In this document: piece by piece, positions 10,446-21,744 of the stretch
Numbering within the stretch: the first letter of the stretch is position 1
How the letters are laid out: each line of letters starts with the position of its first letter
Source: an uncultured Pseudomonadales bacterium
GTDB taxonomy: Bacteria; Patescibacteriota; Microgenomatia; UBA1400; UBA1396
Direction: 5' to 3'
NCBI GenBank assembly: GCA_964460975.1
Contig: CAYWTN010000001.1
Span: forward strand, 61,202 to 125,201
Length of the DNA: 64,000 nt
The notes under the pieces: generated by a model
Told to the model about the DNA's origin: nothing
Seen by the model: the letters and a program-made list of their open reading frames with translations, nothing else
Databases searched by the model: none
Translations under genes and position numbers: made by a program

Positions 10446-11794
10446 AGTACCCTCTTTCCACCCATCTCGCGATTCTGCAGCAAGCTGAGTATGACTTAGG
10501 AATATACTCTCGTTGGCTACGCTCAACGCATGTTTTCCCAAAAGAGACACTCCAGTCTTTGGAACCAGAGAACTGGACCACAAAGCTCAAGCTTGTCAAA
10601 AATGCATCCTCTATTTTCACTCTTTTCACTGCCAGGGAAAAAGCTATTTCTCTTGCAGTAAAGTCACTTGAACCCCTTGAATGGTTGGCGCGCGCGAGCA
10701 AGCTCGCGCGCGCCAAACGGCACCTGCGCCAACTTCAAAAAAATGGCCTTACAGTGATTGCGGTTGCTGGTAGCTATGGAAAAACATCAGTCAAACATTC
10801 TGTGCGGCATTTACTGAGCACTCAATACATGACCGCCATGAGCCCAGCCAGTTTTAACACTCCCCTTGGCTTAGCTCACTCTATTCTTCAACTCACTTCC
10901 GATCATAACTTTTTTGTAGCAGAGCTCGGTGAGTACCAAAAAGGCGATATTGAGCAGCTCTTAGCTTTCCTCAAACCAAATATTGGTATTCTCACACCTG
11001 TAGGATTTGCTCATGGTGAACGATTCCAATCATCGGAGGAACATTTTTCTCTTTTCCATGAACTCTGGGATTCTGAGGACGCTCCAGAGTTTCTTTTTAT
11101 TGATGATGCCAATCGTAAAATATTTTCCTCAACCGCCAATATTCCCACCCATGCCTTTTGGTATGGGCAGGACAAGAAGAGTGATCTTCAACTCAAAGAC
11201 TCTCACTTTTCCCTTGAGAGAGGATCGGGAAATCTTCTCTTCTACGATGGCACGGCATTATCATTTACTACCAACCTTTCCCAGACTTCTCAACTTCGAA
11301 ACACGCTTCCAGCTTTTCTCATTCAGCAGAGCATGGGACAGCCTATCGATACATTCATTCGTGCCCTCTCCTATGCCCCCGCCGTTCCAAGACGATTAGA
11401 AGTGCTACATAATCTCAACGGGACAGTAGTAATCGATAACAGCTACAATACCAACCCAGGAGCCTGGAAAGCAAACCTGCCACTCATCACTTCACTTTGC
11501 AAAAGTGGTCTTGTTCTTCTCACTCCTGGATTTGTTGAGCTTTCTCAAACAGAAAATTCCTCAGCGCATCTTGCTCTGGCAAATGACCTCCTTAAACTTG
11601 ATGTTCCTGTTGGGATTATCAGAACGCGCTTCAATGAGTTCCTCATTGAAGCGCTCATGAAGAGTCACTCACAAGAAAAAACATCACTCTTCATCGGCGA
11701 CTCATACGATGATCTCCTCAAGCAACTCTCGCAAAAATCGATCCGTTTCACCTATCTTTGGCTTGAGGGTGGAGTGAGGGAACTCTACCAATAA
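10412..11794 (+). CDS. murF: Mur ligase family protein, MurF-like (UDP-MurNAc-tripeptide--D-Ala-D-Ala ligase)
   Basis: AVAGSYGKTSVKHSV P-loop, typical of MurF. Length of about 450 aa fits. The real start may be the ATG at 10442 (ATGA overlap with the upstream stop). Confidence 0.6.
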   Translation: MDKNTPYITSMKYPLSTHLAILQQAEYDLGIYSRWLRSTHVFPKETLQSLEPENWTTKLKLVKNASSIFTLFTAREKAISLAVKSLEPLEWLARASKLARAKRHLRQLQKNGLTVIAVAGSYGKTSVKHSVRHLLSTQYMTAMSPASFNTPLGLAHSILQLTSDHNFFVAELGEYQKGDIEQLLAFLKPNIGILTPVGFAHGERFQSSEEHFSLFHELWDSEDAPEFLFIDDANRKIFSSTANIPTHAFWYGQDKKSDLQLKDSHFSLERGSGNLLFYDGTALSFTTNLSQTSQLRNTLPAFLIQQSMGQPIDTFIRALSYAPAVPRRLEVLHNLNGTVVIDNSYNTNPGAWKANLPLITSLCKSGLVLLTPGFVELSQTENSSAHLALANDLLKLDVPVGIIRTRFNEFLIEALMKSHSQEKTSLFIGDSYDDLLKQLSQKSIRFTYLWLEGGVRELYQ

Positions 11795-11796
11795 CG

Positions 11797-14700
11797 CTAC
11801 TCACTCAGAATACGCTGAGAAAAAGCTTGCACATCTGCCGACCAATCAACCGTATATGGAAGTTTCATTTTGGTTGGTTCGGAGCTACCATTCGGGATGA
11901 GAAGGGTGATCGGAGTATTACCAGGGCTACGCTTGAGCAACTTACCAAGCTCAACCAATTTTTCTTTCGTTGTCCCTCGAGGAATTGCCAGTTCTACACC
12001 TGCTACCAAACTCTGTTCATCTTCACCCGCATCTATATGCGGAGACCAAACTTTTTCGGCAATAATTTGCGGCTCTTCATCTCGGGCATCGAGCTTACCA
12101 CGTACTAAAACGGCCAGGTCATTCTGAAAATACTTATCGCTCGTAGCATAGGTTTTGGGAAAACAAACGACTCGGATCGACCCACTCTGATCTTCGAGCG
12201 TGCCAAAAGCCATTCGTTCATTTTTGGCTTTGGTGCGAACTTCACGAATATTTTGCAAAATACCACCCAGAACAAAAGTTTGTTCCTTATGAATATCAGG
12301 ATCGATTTCAGCAATTTTTTTATCAGCCAGTTTGGTGATTTTTGTGAGCACTTTCGACATAGGATGATCGGTAAGATAAAAGCCTAACAACTCCTTTTCG
12401 TATGACAAAAGCTCTGCTTGAGGATACTCTTCAAGCTGCGGAAAAGTATCGCGAACCTGCTGCGACGACTGCGTGGCCACCGCTGCAAAAAGCGTGTCTT
12501 GTCCTTCTACAGCACTCTGGAATTGACTCGCCTGCGCTCGAATTTCCTCAAGATTTTCGAGGATACTTGAACGTGTAGAGAAGAGATCAAAAGCTCCAAC
12601 GCGAACAAGACTTTCGATAACTTTTTTATTCACTTTTCGACCATCGATTCGTTGCAAAAAGTCTGTAAAACAGCTAAACGGACCATCTTTGCGAATCTCC
12701 ATAATGTTCTCAATCGCCGCCGTACCGACGTTTTTAATAGCACCGAGCCCATAACGAACGCCCTGCTCGTTGAGAGAATCCTTATACTCCTCAATCGTGA
12801 AACCTACTTCCGACTTATTAATATCCGGCGGCAAAATAACAATTTTCATTTCACGCGAGGCCTCAACCGCCTGCATGACTTTTTCCTCACGCTTCTGGCT
12901 ATGAGAAAGCGATTCTACAGAAAGCAGCGCTGTCATGTACTCCACTGGGTACTTCACCTTCATGTAGGCGGTGCGGTAGGCAACCATGGCATAACTGGCA
13001 GCGTGCGCTTTATTAAAGCCATATCCAGCAAATTTCTCGATGTAGCTCCATACTTCTTCGGCAACTTTTTTGGTATATCCATGTTCCTCTGAGCGACGGA
13101 CAAACTCCGCTTTCTGCTCCATCATGATCTCAATTTTTTTCTTGCCAATCGCTTTGCGCAAAATATCGGCTTCACCGAGCGTATAACCAGCCATAACGTT
13201 CGCCACCGCCAACGCTTGCTCTTGGTACACCATGTAACCGTAGGTTTCTTCAAAAATGGGCTCGAGATCTGGATGAGGATATACGATCTTCTCAGGATTG
13301 TGCTTGGCTTCCACAAAACCCGGAATAAGATCCATTGGCCCAGGGCGATACAACGCGACCATAGCGGTAATATCCGAGAATTTGTTTGGCTGCAGTGTGC
13401 GCGCCACTCTTCGCATTCCAGCGGATTCGAGTTGGAAAACACCGGTGGTATCTCCACGTCCAAGCATGGCAAAAACTTCCTTGTCATCAATGGGAATCTT
13501 ATCCAGATTGACTTCAATACCGCGCGTTTTCTTCACATTTTCGATGGCTTCACCAAGAATGGAAAGGTTGCGCAAACCCAAAAAATCGAACTTGAGCAAA
13601 CCAATGGCATCATCACCCGAAACGTTGGCATCGAGTGCGTACATATCGTACTGCGTGATAATTTTTCCTTCTTTGTTTTCGCGTTGAATGGGACAGTATT
13701 TGGTGATATCGTCGTCGGCTACCACCACTGCTGCCGCGTGCACACTCGAGTGACGAATCGAACCTTCAACTTTGAGAGCAAGATCAAAAAGCTTTTTGTA
13801 TTTGGGAAGATCGCGGTACTGGGCCAATTCTGGAACCGTCTCAATGGCTTCCTGCAATCCAGTGAACTGCGGAATAAGCTTGGCAATGCGATCAGGATCG
13901 GAGTATGGCAGTCCAAGCACACGGCCAATATCACGAATCGCAACACGGGCTTCCATACGTCCAAACGTAATAACGTTGGCCACACGATCAACACCATACT
14001 TTTTGGTAACGTACTCCAAAACTTCTTCACGACGAGTATCGGCAAAATCCATATCGATATCTGGAGGCGAAGGACGCTGTGGATTGAGAAAGCGTTCAAA
14101 CTTAAGGTCATGCTCTAATGGATTCACCGTAGTAATTCCGAGCGCGTAGGACACGAGCGAACCAGCGGCACTGCCACGACCTGGCCCCACATAAATCCCA
14201 TTCTCTTTGGCCCATCCCACAAAGTCCTGCACAATCAGGAAGTAGGAAGCGTACCCTTTGGTATTAATCACTTCGAGTTCATAATCAAGACGCTTTTGCA
14301 CATCTTCATCAACGGTATCCACCACATCTGGAAGGCGATCATTAGCAAGTTGAATAAGATATGACGTATCCGACTCACCCGCTGGAACAGGAAATTTAGG
14401 CAGCACCCATTGACCAGTAGGAATAACATCTGGATCACACATCTCGGCAATCTTGAGTGTGTTCTCAACAGCGTCAGGATACTGCGCAAAAAGTTCATGC
14501 ATTTCTTCGCTACTGCGCAAATAAAAATCTGGAGAGTTGAGCATGGTCATGCGGTCCGTGTCCGAAACGAGCCGTCTCGTGGAAACACACAACAAGGCGT
14601 CTTGCGCTTCTGCATCATCTTTATCGACATAGTGCACATCATTTGTGGCTACAAGTGGTACTCCTGTTTCACGCGAAATTTTCACCATCTGGGCAGCCAC

Positions 14701-15252
14701 TTCTTGCACTTCTGGAATGGCATCATGGCGTTGAATCTCAATGTAGAAATCCCCTTCAAAAAGTTCATAGTATTTCTTGATCTTGGCTTTGGCACCATCA
14801 TAATCACCGGCCATGATCATTTTGGAAAAAATACTTGCCAGACAGCCACTGGTCGCAATCACTCCTTCGTGATACTTTTCGAGCAGCTCCTCATCAATGC
14901 GAGGCTTATAGGAAAAACCTTCCAAATGAGCCAAGGAAGTGAGCTTCATGAGATTTTGGTATCCCTGAAAATTCTTCGCAAGAAGCGTAATGTGGTATGA
15001 ATCTGATCCCATCTTGACCTGTTTCTCAAGGCGAGAACCAGAAGACATGTAGGCTTCCAAGCCAATAATGGGTTTTATTCCTGCTTTGCGCGCGCGTGTA
15101 AAAAAATGCACAGCTCCATACATGGCGCCATGATCGGTAAGGGCAACCGCTGGTTGATTAAACTCCTTAGCGCGCGCAAAAAGCTTATCAATCTTACTCA
15201 GGCCATCGAGAAGTGAATACTCAGTATGAACGTGAAGGTGTGCAAATGACAT
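11797..15252 (-). CDS. dnaE: DNA polymerase III alpha subunit
   Basis: 1151 aa. PHP domain MSFAHLHVHTEYSLLDG and conserved polymerase core motifs. Confidence 0.95.
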   Translation of the reverse strand: MSFAHLHVHTEYSLLDGLSKIDKLFARAKEFNQPAVALTDHGAMYGAVHFFTRARKAGIKPIIGLEAYMSSGSRLEKQVKMGSDSYHITLLAKNFQGYQNLMKLTSLAHLEGFSYKPRIDEELLEKYHEGVIATSGCLASIFSKMIMAGDYDGAKAKIKKYYELFEGDFYIEIQRHDAIPEVQEVAAQMVKISRETGVPLVATNDVHYVDKDDAEAQDALLCVSTRRLVSDTDRMTMLNSPDFYLRSSEEMHELFAQYPDAVENTLKIAEMCDPDVIPTGQWVLPKFPVPAGESDTSYLIQLANDRLPDVVDTVDEDVQKRLDYELEVINTKGYASYFLIVQDFVGWAKENGIYVGPGRGSAAGSLVSYALGITTVNPLEHDLKFERFLNPQRPSPPDIDMDFADTRREEVLEYVTKKYGVDRVANVITFGRMEARVAIRDIGRVLGLPYSDPDRIAKLIPQFTGLQEAIETVPELAQYRDLPKYKKLFDLALKVEGSIRHSSVHAAAVVVADDDITKYCPIQRENKEGKIITQYDMYALDANVSGDDAIGLLKFDFLGLRNLSILGEAIENVKKTRGIEVNLDKIPIDDKEVFAMLGRGDTTGVFQLESAGMRRVARTLQPNKFSDITAMVALYRPGPMDLIPGFVEAKHNPEKIVYPHPDLEPIFEETYGYMVYQEQALAVANVMAGYTLGEADILRKAIGKKKIEIMMEQKAEFVRRSEEHGYTKKVAEEVWSYIEKFAGYGFNKAHAASYAMVAYRTAYMKVKYPVEYMTALLSVESLSHSQKREEKVMQAVEASREMKIVILPPDINKSEVGFTIEEYKDSLNEQGVRYGLGAIKNVGTAAIENIMEIRKDGPFSCFTDFLQRIDGRKVNKKVIESLVRVGAFDLFSTRSSILENLEEIRAQASQFQSAVEGQDTLFAAVATQSSQQVRDTFPQLEEYPQAELLSYEKELLGFYLTDHPMSKVLTKITKLADKKIAEIDPDIHKEQTFVLGGILQNIREVRTKAKNERMAFGTLEDQSGSIRVVCFPKTYATSDKYFQNDLAVLVRGKLDARDEEPQIIAEKVWSPHIDAGEDEQSLVAGVELAIPRGTTKEKLVELGKLLKRSPGNTPITLLIPNGSSEPTKMKLPYTVDWSADVQAFSQRILSE

Positions 15253-15281
15253 GTAGGGCTACTCTAACACAAGACAAGGGT

Positions 15282-16688
15282 CTATGCCGAGAGTTGGCGC
15301 ACAAGTTCTTTGGTTACTACCGCACCATCCAGCTTTTTCCCTGCCGAACGCATCACTTGCCCCATGAGGAAACCAACAACTTGGGTTTTCCCTGAGCGAT
15401 ACTTTTCCACGGCATCAGGGTTGTCTGTCAAAACTTTTGCAACAACTTCAGAGAGGAACGTCTCATCGACATCATCAACGGCGTACAACTTGAGTGCTTC
15501 ATCGAGAACATCGTCCACTTTCCTTTGCAAAAGTGCTTCATTTTCGACGAGTATATCAGCCTCTTCCAAAAGATTAGTTTCAATCTTGTGATTAATAACC
15601 GCATTGACTATTTTTTGTACGTCGAGCTTCTTTTCCTGAGAACGAGTGAGTAATTTCTCAGCTACAGCTGCAGACTGAGGAGAACTCACCAACGTTTCGG
15701 CACTCTGGGCAGACAGACCAAAGGACTGTACCCAACGATCCATTTTTGCTGTTGGCAACTCGGGGATATCGGCAGCGATTTGTGCAAAGAAAGCCTCATC
15801 GAAATACATGGGAGGCAGATCGGGATCTGGGAAGTAGCGGTAGTCTTGAGCATCCTCTTTAGAGCGCTGACTATAGGTTTCGCCTTTGGCATCATTCCAA
15901 CCACGAGTTTCCTGCTTTGGGATCTCACCCTTTTCACGCATTTCACTATGGCGTGCGATCTCGTATCGAATGGATCGTTCAACAAAACGGAAAGAGTTCA
16001 GGTTCTTCACTTCAACTTTATAAGGTGGCAACACCCCAACCGCTTTTTCTTCTTCGGTCTGAACAGAAATGTTGGCCTCGAGGCGCAAGGATCCCTTTTC
16101 CATATCACAGTCGGAAACGCCAAGAAAACGCAGAATCTGTACAAGATTCTTGCCATACTCTCGCGCCTGTTCGGGCGAATGAATATCGGGCTTTGTCACC
16201 AACTCAACCAAACCCACACCGGAACGGTTAAAATCGATCAAAGAAGCCTCTGCGTGAGATACCCCAGCTTCCTGCTGTTCCCTCGCAGTCAATGTGACGT
16301 GCTGAAGCTTGGCCGTGTCCTCTTCCAAATGGATACGTTCCAGACGCACAGGGCCAAAACTGGTTGCTATCTCTCCACCAACACATAAAGGCTGATCATA
16401 CTGAGAAATCTGATATCCCTTTGGCAGATCTGGATAGAAGTAGTTCTTGCGATCAAACTTACTTTCACGCGCTAACTCACTTCCCAGAGCCATTCCAATC
16501 CGAAAGGTTCGACGGATGCCTTCGACGTTCGCTACGGGCAATGCTCCAGGCAAACCAAGACAGACTGGGCAAGTTTGGGTGTTGGGAGCAACATCAAAGT
16601 GCTGAGCAGGACAGCCACAAAACATTTTCGTTTGCATCAAGTTGAGCTCCACGTGGATCTCTAAACCAATCACTGGATAGAACTTCAT
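15282..16688 (-). CDS. gatB: Asp-tRNA(Asn)/Glu-tRNA(Gln) amidotransferase subunit B
   Basis: MKFYPVIGLEIHVELN...KMFCGCP. The start overlaps the gatA stop (ATGA). Confidence 0.9.
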   Translation of the reverse strand: MKFYPVIGLEIHVELNLMQTKMFCGCPAQHFDVAPNTQTCPVCLGLPGALPVANVEGIRRTFRIGMALGSELARESKFDRKNYFYPDLPKGYQISQYDQPLCVGGEIATSFGPVRLERIHLEEDTAKLQHVTLTAREQQEAGVSHAEASLIDFNRSGVGLVELVTKPDIHSPEQAREYGKNLVQILRFLGVSDCDMEKGSLRLEANISVQTEEEKAVGVLPPYKVEVKNLNSFRFVERSIRYEIARHSEMREKGEIPKQETRGWNDAKGETYSQRSKEDAQDYRYFPDPDLPPMYFDEAFFAQIAADIPELPTAKMDRWVQSFGLSAQSAETLVSSPQSAAVAEKLLTRSQEKKLDVQKIVNAVINHKIETNLLEEADILVENEALLQRKVDDVLDEALKLYAVDDVDETFLSEVVAKVLTDNPDAVEKYRSGKTQVVGFLMGQVMRSAGKKLDGAVVTKELVRQLSA

Positions 16689-18091
16689 CGCTGCTCCTTT
16701 GCTTCTCGGATACGTTTTGCCCAGGTATTCCAATCGGTAGCCTGTTCATACGCATGAGCCACCTGCAAAGCTTTTGCTTCCTGCCAAGCAGGAGACATAA
16801 CATGCAAACCAAGGGAAAGATTCGTTTCTGGATCGGTATAACATGGCACACTTACGCCAGGGAGGCCAGCTGTAGAACATGGCTCAATGAGCATATCTAC
16901 CATCTCACCAAAGAAAGGATGCTTCTCGCTCTCACCAACCTTGAGGGCAAAACCAGGAGCGGTTGGGGCAACCAACACATCATACTGCGCAAAAAGACGA
17001 GCAAAATCTTCAATATAAAGAGTGCGAACACGCTGTGCCTTCTGATAATGTTTTGCCGAAACACCCTTACTCAAAATGTACGTTCCCATCATAATCCGTC
17101 TTTTAGCTTCCTTGCCAAAGAAAGATCGGTCTTTACCATAGCGAATTCCGTCATAGCGAGCAAGATTACTACTCACTTCACTTCGCTGAATCACGGCATA
17201 CAAACCAATGGCATACTCTGGACTCATAGCTTGCGTAATCTCAACTTCGGCGCCAAGGCTACGTAGTACTTCAAATGCCTTTTCATATTTTTCACGAACA
17301 TCGTCCAAGCCAGGAATATCCATGTAGATAACACCAATCTTCATACTTCTAATGGACTTCCCCAACAGTGCCCGAAAATCTTCCGTTTCTCTTGGAGAAG
17401 TTGTGGCATCAAAAGGATCTTTACCAGAGAGAATATTCAGCAAAAGAGCTCCATCTTCCACCGTTTTCGTCATTGGGCCAGGGCAGTCGAGTGACGAACC
17501 CATTGCCACCACACCAGAGCGAGATACCCGACCATAGGTTGGCTTCACACCAACAATGCCGCACCAAGCAGCTGGAGTGCGAATCGAACCAGAAGTCTCT
17601 GTTCCGATGGCCGCCAAACAAAGATCACCAGCCACTGCTGCCGCACTTCCACCAGATGAACCACCAGGTGTGTACTCGGGGTTTCGTGGATTGCGAGTCG
17701 GGCCAAAATCTGATGTCTCGGTGCTTGAACCATGTGCCCAAGCATCAAGATTGGTTTTGCCTACCAACCACGCACCAGCCTGGCGCAGTTTCTCTACCAA
17801 AGTAGCGTCATACTGGGGGACATACCCCTCGAGAAGCTTGGACGAGGCAGTCGTTACGAGATCGGTCGTGAGAATATTGTCCTTAACTGCAATAGGCAAG
17901 CCACGTAGCTCACCAGAAAGATCCCCTGCAGGCTCCGATTGACGAGCCAAATACGCCCGAATCTGAGGATCTAAAACCTCGATTTGCGAAAGGACGGCTT
18001 CCTGAATCTGCTGTGCGGTAAACTTCCCTGCCTCGATTCCCTCGAGTGCCTCCGTTAATGTGAGGGCATGCAGTGGTGTGCTCATACTCAT
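16685..18091 (-). CDS. gatA: Glu-tRNA(Gln) amidotransferase subunit A (amidase signature)
   Basis: Amidase signature GGSSGGSAAAVA. 468 aa. Confidence 0.9.
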   Translation of the reverse strand: MSMSTPLHALTLTEALEGIEAGKFTAQQIQEAVLSQIEVLDPQIRAYLARQSEPAGDLSGELRGLPIAVKDNILTTDLVTTASSKLLEGYVPQYDATLVEKLRQAGAWLVGKTNLDAWAHGSSTETSDFGPTRNPRNPEYTPGGSSGGSAAAVAGDLCLAAIGTETSGSIRTPAAWCGIVGVKPTYGRVSRSGVVAMGSSLDCPGPMTKTVEDGALLLNILSGKDPFDATTSPRETEDFRALLGKSIRSMKIGVIYMDIPGLDDVREKYEKAFEVLRSLGAEVEITQAMSPEYAIGLYAVIQRSEVSSNLARYDGIRYGKDRSFFGKEAKRRIMMGTYILSKGVSAKHYQKAQRVRTLYIEDFARLFAQYDVLVAPTAPGFALKVGESEKHPFFGEMVDMLIEPCSTAGLPGVSVPCYTDPETNLSLGLHVMSPAWQEAKALQVAHAYEQATDWNTWAKRIREAKEQR

Positions 18092-18100
18092 ATATTTCCC

Positions 18101-18406
18101 TTATTCTTCAAACAGAACTCGATCAACAACCACATAGCCACGCAGCGTATGTGGCGCACCAGAAAGCGCTTGTTCTTGGGTGAGCACTCTTTCCTCAAGG
18201 ACAACGTCATCACGCCAGACATTAGAAAGTCCTGTTACATGATGGGTTGGCTGCGTTTGATCCGTATTGAGAGAAGCAAGCTTCTCAATTTCATGGAGGG
18301 TATCGGAAAAAGCTTGTGGAAACGACTCAAGTTCTTGCTCAGTGAGCGGAAGATTAGCTAGCTCTGCGATGTGTGCAACCGTCTGCGCGGTGATATCCTT
18401 ACTCAT
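18101..18406 (-). CDS. gatC: Asp/Glu-tRNA amidotransferase subunit C
   Basis: Roughly 100-aa protein, MSKDITAQTVAHIAELANLPLTEQELE..., immediately upstream of gatA. Confidence 0.75.
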   Translation of the reverse strand: MSKDITAQTVAHIAELANLPLTEQELESFPQAFSDTLHEIEKLASLNTDQTQPTHHVTGLSNVWRDDVVLEERVLTQEQALSGAPHTLRGYVVVDRVLFEE

Positions 18407-18433
18407 GGGCGTAGTGTACCGCAGGAGCGACAA

Positions 18434-19528
18434 TTACAAAATAGTTATTTGTGGGCACAAATACACATCTTGAACAGCATTGAGGAGTGCCACTCCTTCA
18501 CGGAAAGGACGCTGAAAAGCCTTACGACCAGCAATCACACCCATACCACCGGCCCGTTTGTTGATCACTGCCGTGCGCACAGCATCTTGGAAATCATTTT
18601 GTGTTGATGGACCACCAGAAGACAGCATTCCCACCTTGCCAGCGAATCCGTTGAGCACTTGGTAACGCGTAAGATCAAAAATATGATCGCTGGCGAGTTG
18701 TGTGTACTGACGCTCGTCCAACTTGCCATAAGTTGAGTTACCGCTGTTGAGCGCTCGATAGCCGCCGTTTCTCTCGGGCAGTTTTTGCTTCACGATGTCG
18801 GCCTGGATCGTTGCCCCAAGGTAGTTTGCCTGACCGGTTATATCTGCCGCCGCCTCGTAGTTCACACCATCTGCCGTAAAGGCGCTGTTTCGTACGTAGC
18901 ACCAGAGAATAGTGGCGAGACCGAGTTCGTGGGCGCGAGCGAAAGCGAGCGCCACCTCAGAGATTTGGCGACGGCTTTCGGCGGAGCCGAAGTAGACCGT
19001 CGCCCCCACGGCCACAGCGCCCATAGCGCTGGCCTGCTCCACTTGTCCGTACAGCGTTTGATCATGCTTGTTGGGATAACTGAGCAGCTCATTATGATTG
19101 ATTTTTACAATAAAAGGGATTTTATCGGCATAACGACCAGCCACCATCCCAAGTGTTCCAAAAGTAGAGGCCACACCATTACAGCCAGCCTCAAGCGCTA
19201 AACGGACAATGTTTTCTGGATCAAAGTAGAGTGGATTCGCCGCAAAAGCACTTCCTGCCGAGTGTTCAACTCCCTGATCAACCGGCAAAATGGAAAGATA
19301 TCCGGTGTTAGCCAAACGGCCAGAACCAAAGAGACGTTCCAAGTTGGCAATGACGGCTTCACTACGATCGGAAGGCAAAAAAACCTCATCCACAAAACTT
19401 GGGGAAGGAACCGTGAGCAGCGAACGCGGGACCCTGGGTGTGAAATCGCCCAACAACTCTTGGGCGTGATCCCCCAAAATGAGCTCAAAATCTTGCAACG
19501 TGTAGTGTGGATGGGCAGTTCCAGACAT
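18434..19528 (-). CDS. fbaB: Class I fructose-bisphosphate aldolase (FbaB/DhnA type)
   Basis: Very close to E. coli FbaB across the whole protein, e.g. [34 protein letters not shown] and [14 protein letters not shown]. Confidence 0.9.
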   Translation of the reverse strand: MSGTAHPHYTLQDFELILGDHAQELLGDFTPRVPRSLLTVPSPSFVDEVFLPSDRSEAVIANLERLFGSGRLANTGYLSILPVDQGVEHSAGSAFAANPLYFDPENIVRLALEAGCNGVASTFGTLGMVAGRYADKIPFIVKINHNELLSYPNKHDQTLYGQVEQASAMGAVAVGATVYFGSAESRRQISEVALAFARAHELGLATILWCYVRNSAFTADGVNYEAAADITGQANYLGATIQADIVKQKLPERNGGYRALNSGNSTYGKLDERQYTQLASDHIFDLTRYQVLNGFAGKVGMLSSGGPSTQNDFQDAVRTAVINKRAGGMGVIAGRKAFQRPFREGVALLNAVQDVYLCPQITIL

Positions 19529-19533
19529 AGTTT

Positions 19534-21684
19534 TTACTTCATTGCCTCCAACTTGAGGCCATCTTGATCGACTTGCGCACGAACGTGCAAAGTCTGATCC
19601 TCATTATGACGTTCCAGCATGAGAATTGCTAGGGGATCCAAAATTTCTGTTTGAATGAGCCGGCGCAGTGGACGTGCCCCAAAGGCAGGATCATAGCCGT
19701 TGCTGGCCAACCACCGACGTGCATCGTCATTGACTTCAAGATTGACAGCAAGTTCGCGTAGTTCCTCTTGCATTCCCTGGAGCTGGACTTCAACAATTTT
19801 GGCAAGCTGCTCCTCACTCAGAGGTTCATAGAGAATGATGTGGTCGATGCGATTGAGAAACTCAGGCTTAAAGGTCTGTCGCAGCCGCTCCCAAACCACA
19901 TCTTGCACCTCATCCACTGGCTGCTGTTTTTCCGCTTGTTCGAGCAAAATATCGGAACCAACATTCGAGGTCATCACAATAACCGTATTGGTAAAGTCAA
20001 TCGTTCGACCTTGCCCATCGGTGAGACGACCATCATCAAAAACTTGCAAAAAGGCGTTGAAAATCTGGGCATCCGCTTTCTCGATCTCATCCAATAAAAC
20101 CACACTGTAAGGGCGGCGACGAATCGCTTCGGTGAGTTGACCACCAGCCTCAAAACCCACGTATCCAGGGGGCGCGCCTATCAGGCGCGCCAACGTATGC
20201 GGCTCACTATACTCACTCATGTCCAGGCGAACCATCGCCCGTTCATCGGCAAACATAAGCTCAGCCAGAGCCTTGGCGGTCTCAGTTTTCCCCACACCAG
20301 TTGGACCTAAAAACAGGAAGCTCGCCAAAGGGCGGTTACGTGGAGAAATCCCAATACGTGAGCGACGAATGGCATTTGCCACAGCCTTGAGCGCATCTTC
20401 CTGACCCACCACACGCTTGGCAAGCTCGTCTTCCAGATGAAGTAAACGCTCTGTTTCTTTTTTCACCAACTGCGTTACCGGAACACCCGTCCAGTTAGCC
20501 ACGACGCGGGCAATATCTTCTTCGGTAACCTCTTCTTTGAGAAGGCGATCCGCCGGAGCAATGGCTGCCCACTGCTCAAGAGCTTCATCCAAGCGTTTCT
20601 GAAGTTCAGGCAGCTGACCATATTTTATTTCGGCTGCCTTCTCCAGTTCCACGGCGCGTTCAACACGCTCAAGCTCAACTTTCTTCTGTTCGAGCTGTGT
20701 TCGCGCTTCTTGCACGGTTGTGAGCAAGGATTTTTGCTCCTGCCAGCGCTTCTGGAGCGCATCGAGCTCCCCACTCAGTGTCTCAAGCTCTGCACGCACT
20801 TCTTCTCGACGCTCTTTAGACTCGGCAGAGGATTCTTTGCTGAGCGCTTTTTCTTCGATCTCAAGTTGGGTTTTTCGACGCTTGAGACTATCAATAATGA
20901 CGGGATCCGATTCGGTTTCAATCTTGAGCGAAGAGGCCGCCTCATCAACAAGATCAATCGCCTTATCAGGCAAAAAGCGAGCCGTAATATAGCGATCGGA
21001 AAGTTGAGCGGCCGACACGAGCGCATCGTCAGTAATCCGTACTCCATGGTGGAGTTCATAGCGCTCTTTGAGGCCGCGCAAAATAGAAATGGCATCTTCC
21101 ACGCTTGGCGGCTCCACAAAAACTGGCTGAAAACGCCGTTCCAGAGCAGAGTCCTTCTCAATGTACTGACGATACTCATTGAGTGTGGTGGAGCCAATCA
21201 GTCGCAGTGCTCCACGCGCCAACGCGGGCTTGAGCATATTGCCAGCATCCACAGCACCTTCAGAAGAACCAGCGCCAACAATAGTGTGCAGTTCATCAAC
21301 AAAAAGAATAATCTCCCCATCCGAGGCCAAAACTTCCTCAATCACTCCCTTAAAACGCTCCTCAAACTCGCCACGATACTTGGCACCCGCCAGCAGAGAA
21401 GCCATCTCCAAGGAGAGAATTCGCTTGCGGCGCAGTGAACTGGGGACATCATCGGTAATAATTCGCTGAGCCAATCCTTCAACCACCGCTGTTTTTCCAA
21501 CACCAGGCTCACCAACCAAAACAGGATTATTTTTGGTTCGTCGAGAAAGCACTTGAATCACCCGACGAATTTCTGTTTCGCGGCCAATAACAGGATCAAG
21601 CTTCCCTTCACGGGCGAGCTGAGTAATGTCGGTCGTAAAATCGGCCAGACCCTTCTTTTCTGGAGGCGCTTGGTACATCTGCAT
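19534..21684 (-). CDS. clpB: ClpB-type AAA+ disaggregase lacking the N-terminal domain
   Basis: Two AAA modules ([14 protein letters not shown] and [20 protein letters not shown]) and a long coiled-coil M-domain. 716 aa; the ORF begins right at D1. Confidence 0.85.
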   Translation of the reverse strand: MQMYQAPPEKKGLADFTTDITQLAREGKLDPVIGRETEIRRVIQVLSRRTKNNPVLVGEPGVGKTAVVEGLAQRIITDDVPSSLRRKRILSLEMASLLAGAKYRGEFEERFKGVIEEVLASDGEIILFVDELHTIVGAGSSEGAVDAGNMLKPALARGALRLIGSTTLNEYRQYIEKDSALERRFQPVFVEPPSVEDAISILRGLKERYELHHGVRITDDALVSAAQLSDRYITARFLPDKAIDLVDEAASSLKIETESDPVIIDSLKRRKTQLEIEEKALSKESSAESKERREEVRAELETLSGELDALQKRWQEQKSLLTTVQEARTQLEQKKVELERVERAVELEKAAEIKYGQLPELQKRLDEALEQWAAIAPADRLLKEEVTEEDIARVVANWTGVPVTQLVKKETERLLHLEDELAKRVVGQEDALKAVANAIRRSRIGISPRNRPLASFLFLGPTGVGKTETAKALAELMFADERAMVRLDMSEYSEPHTLARLIGAPPGYVGFEAGGQLTEAIRRRPYSVVLLDEIEKADAQIFNAFLQVFDDGRLTDGQGRTIDFTNTVIVMTSNVGSDILLEQAEKQQPVDEVQDVVWERLRQTFKPEFLNRIDHIILYEPLSEEQLAKIVEVQLQGMQEELRELAVNLEVNDDARRWLASNGYDPAFGARPLRRLIQTEILDPLAILMLERHNEDQTLHVRAQVDQDGLKLEAMK

Positions 21685-21744
21685 ACTTTTTTAAGAATAC
21701 CGCAGATTATCACTCAATGCAAGAGAGTGCTAAGAAAGTGCCAT

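Noticed and set aside
13216-14118. 300-aa plus-strand ORF (and the 14410-15000 ORF) inside dnaE
   Set aside because: Antisense to a confidently identified 1151-aa DnaE gene. Low-complexity, His/Arg-rich translation typical of shadow ORFs.
15780-16388. 202-aa plus-strand ORF inside gatB
   Set aside because: Antisense shadow ORF.
20710-21438. 242-aa plus-strand ORF inside clpB
   Set aside because: Antisense shadow ORF of clpB. No motifs.
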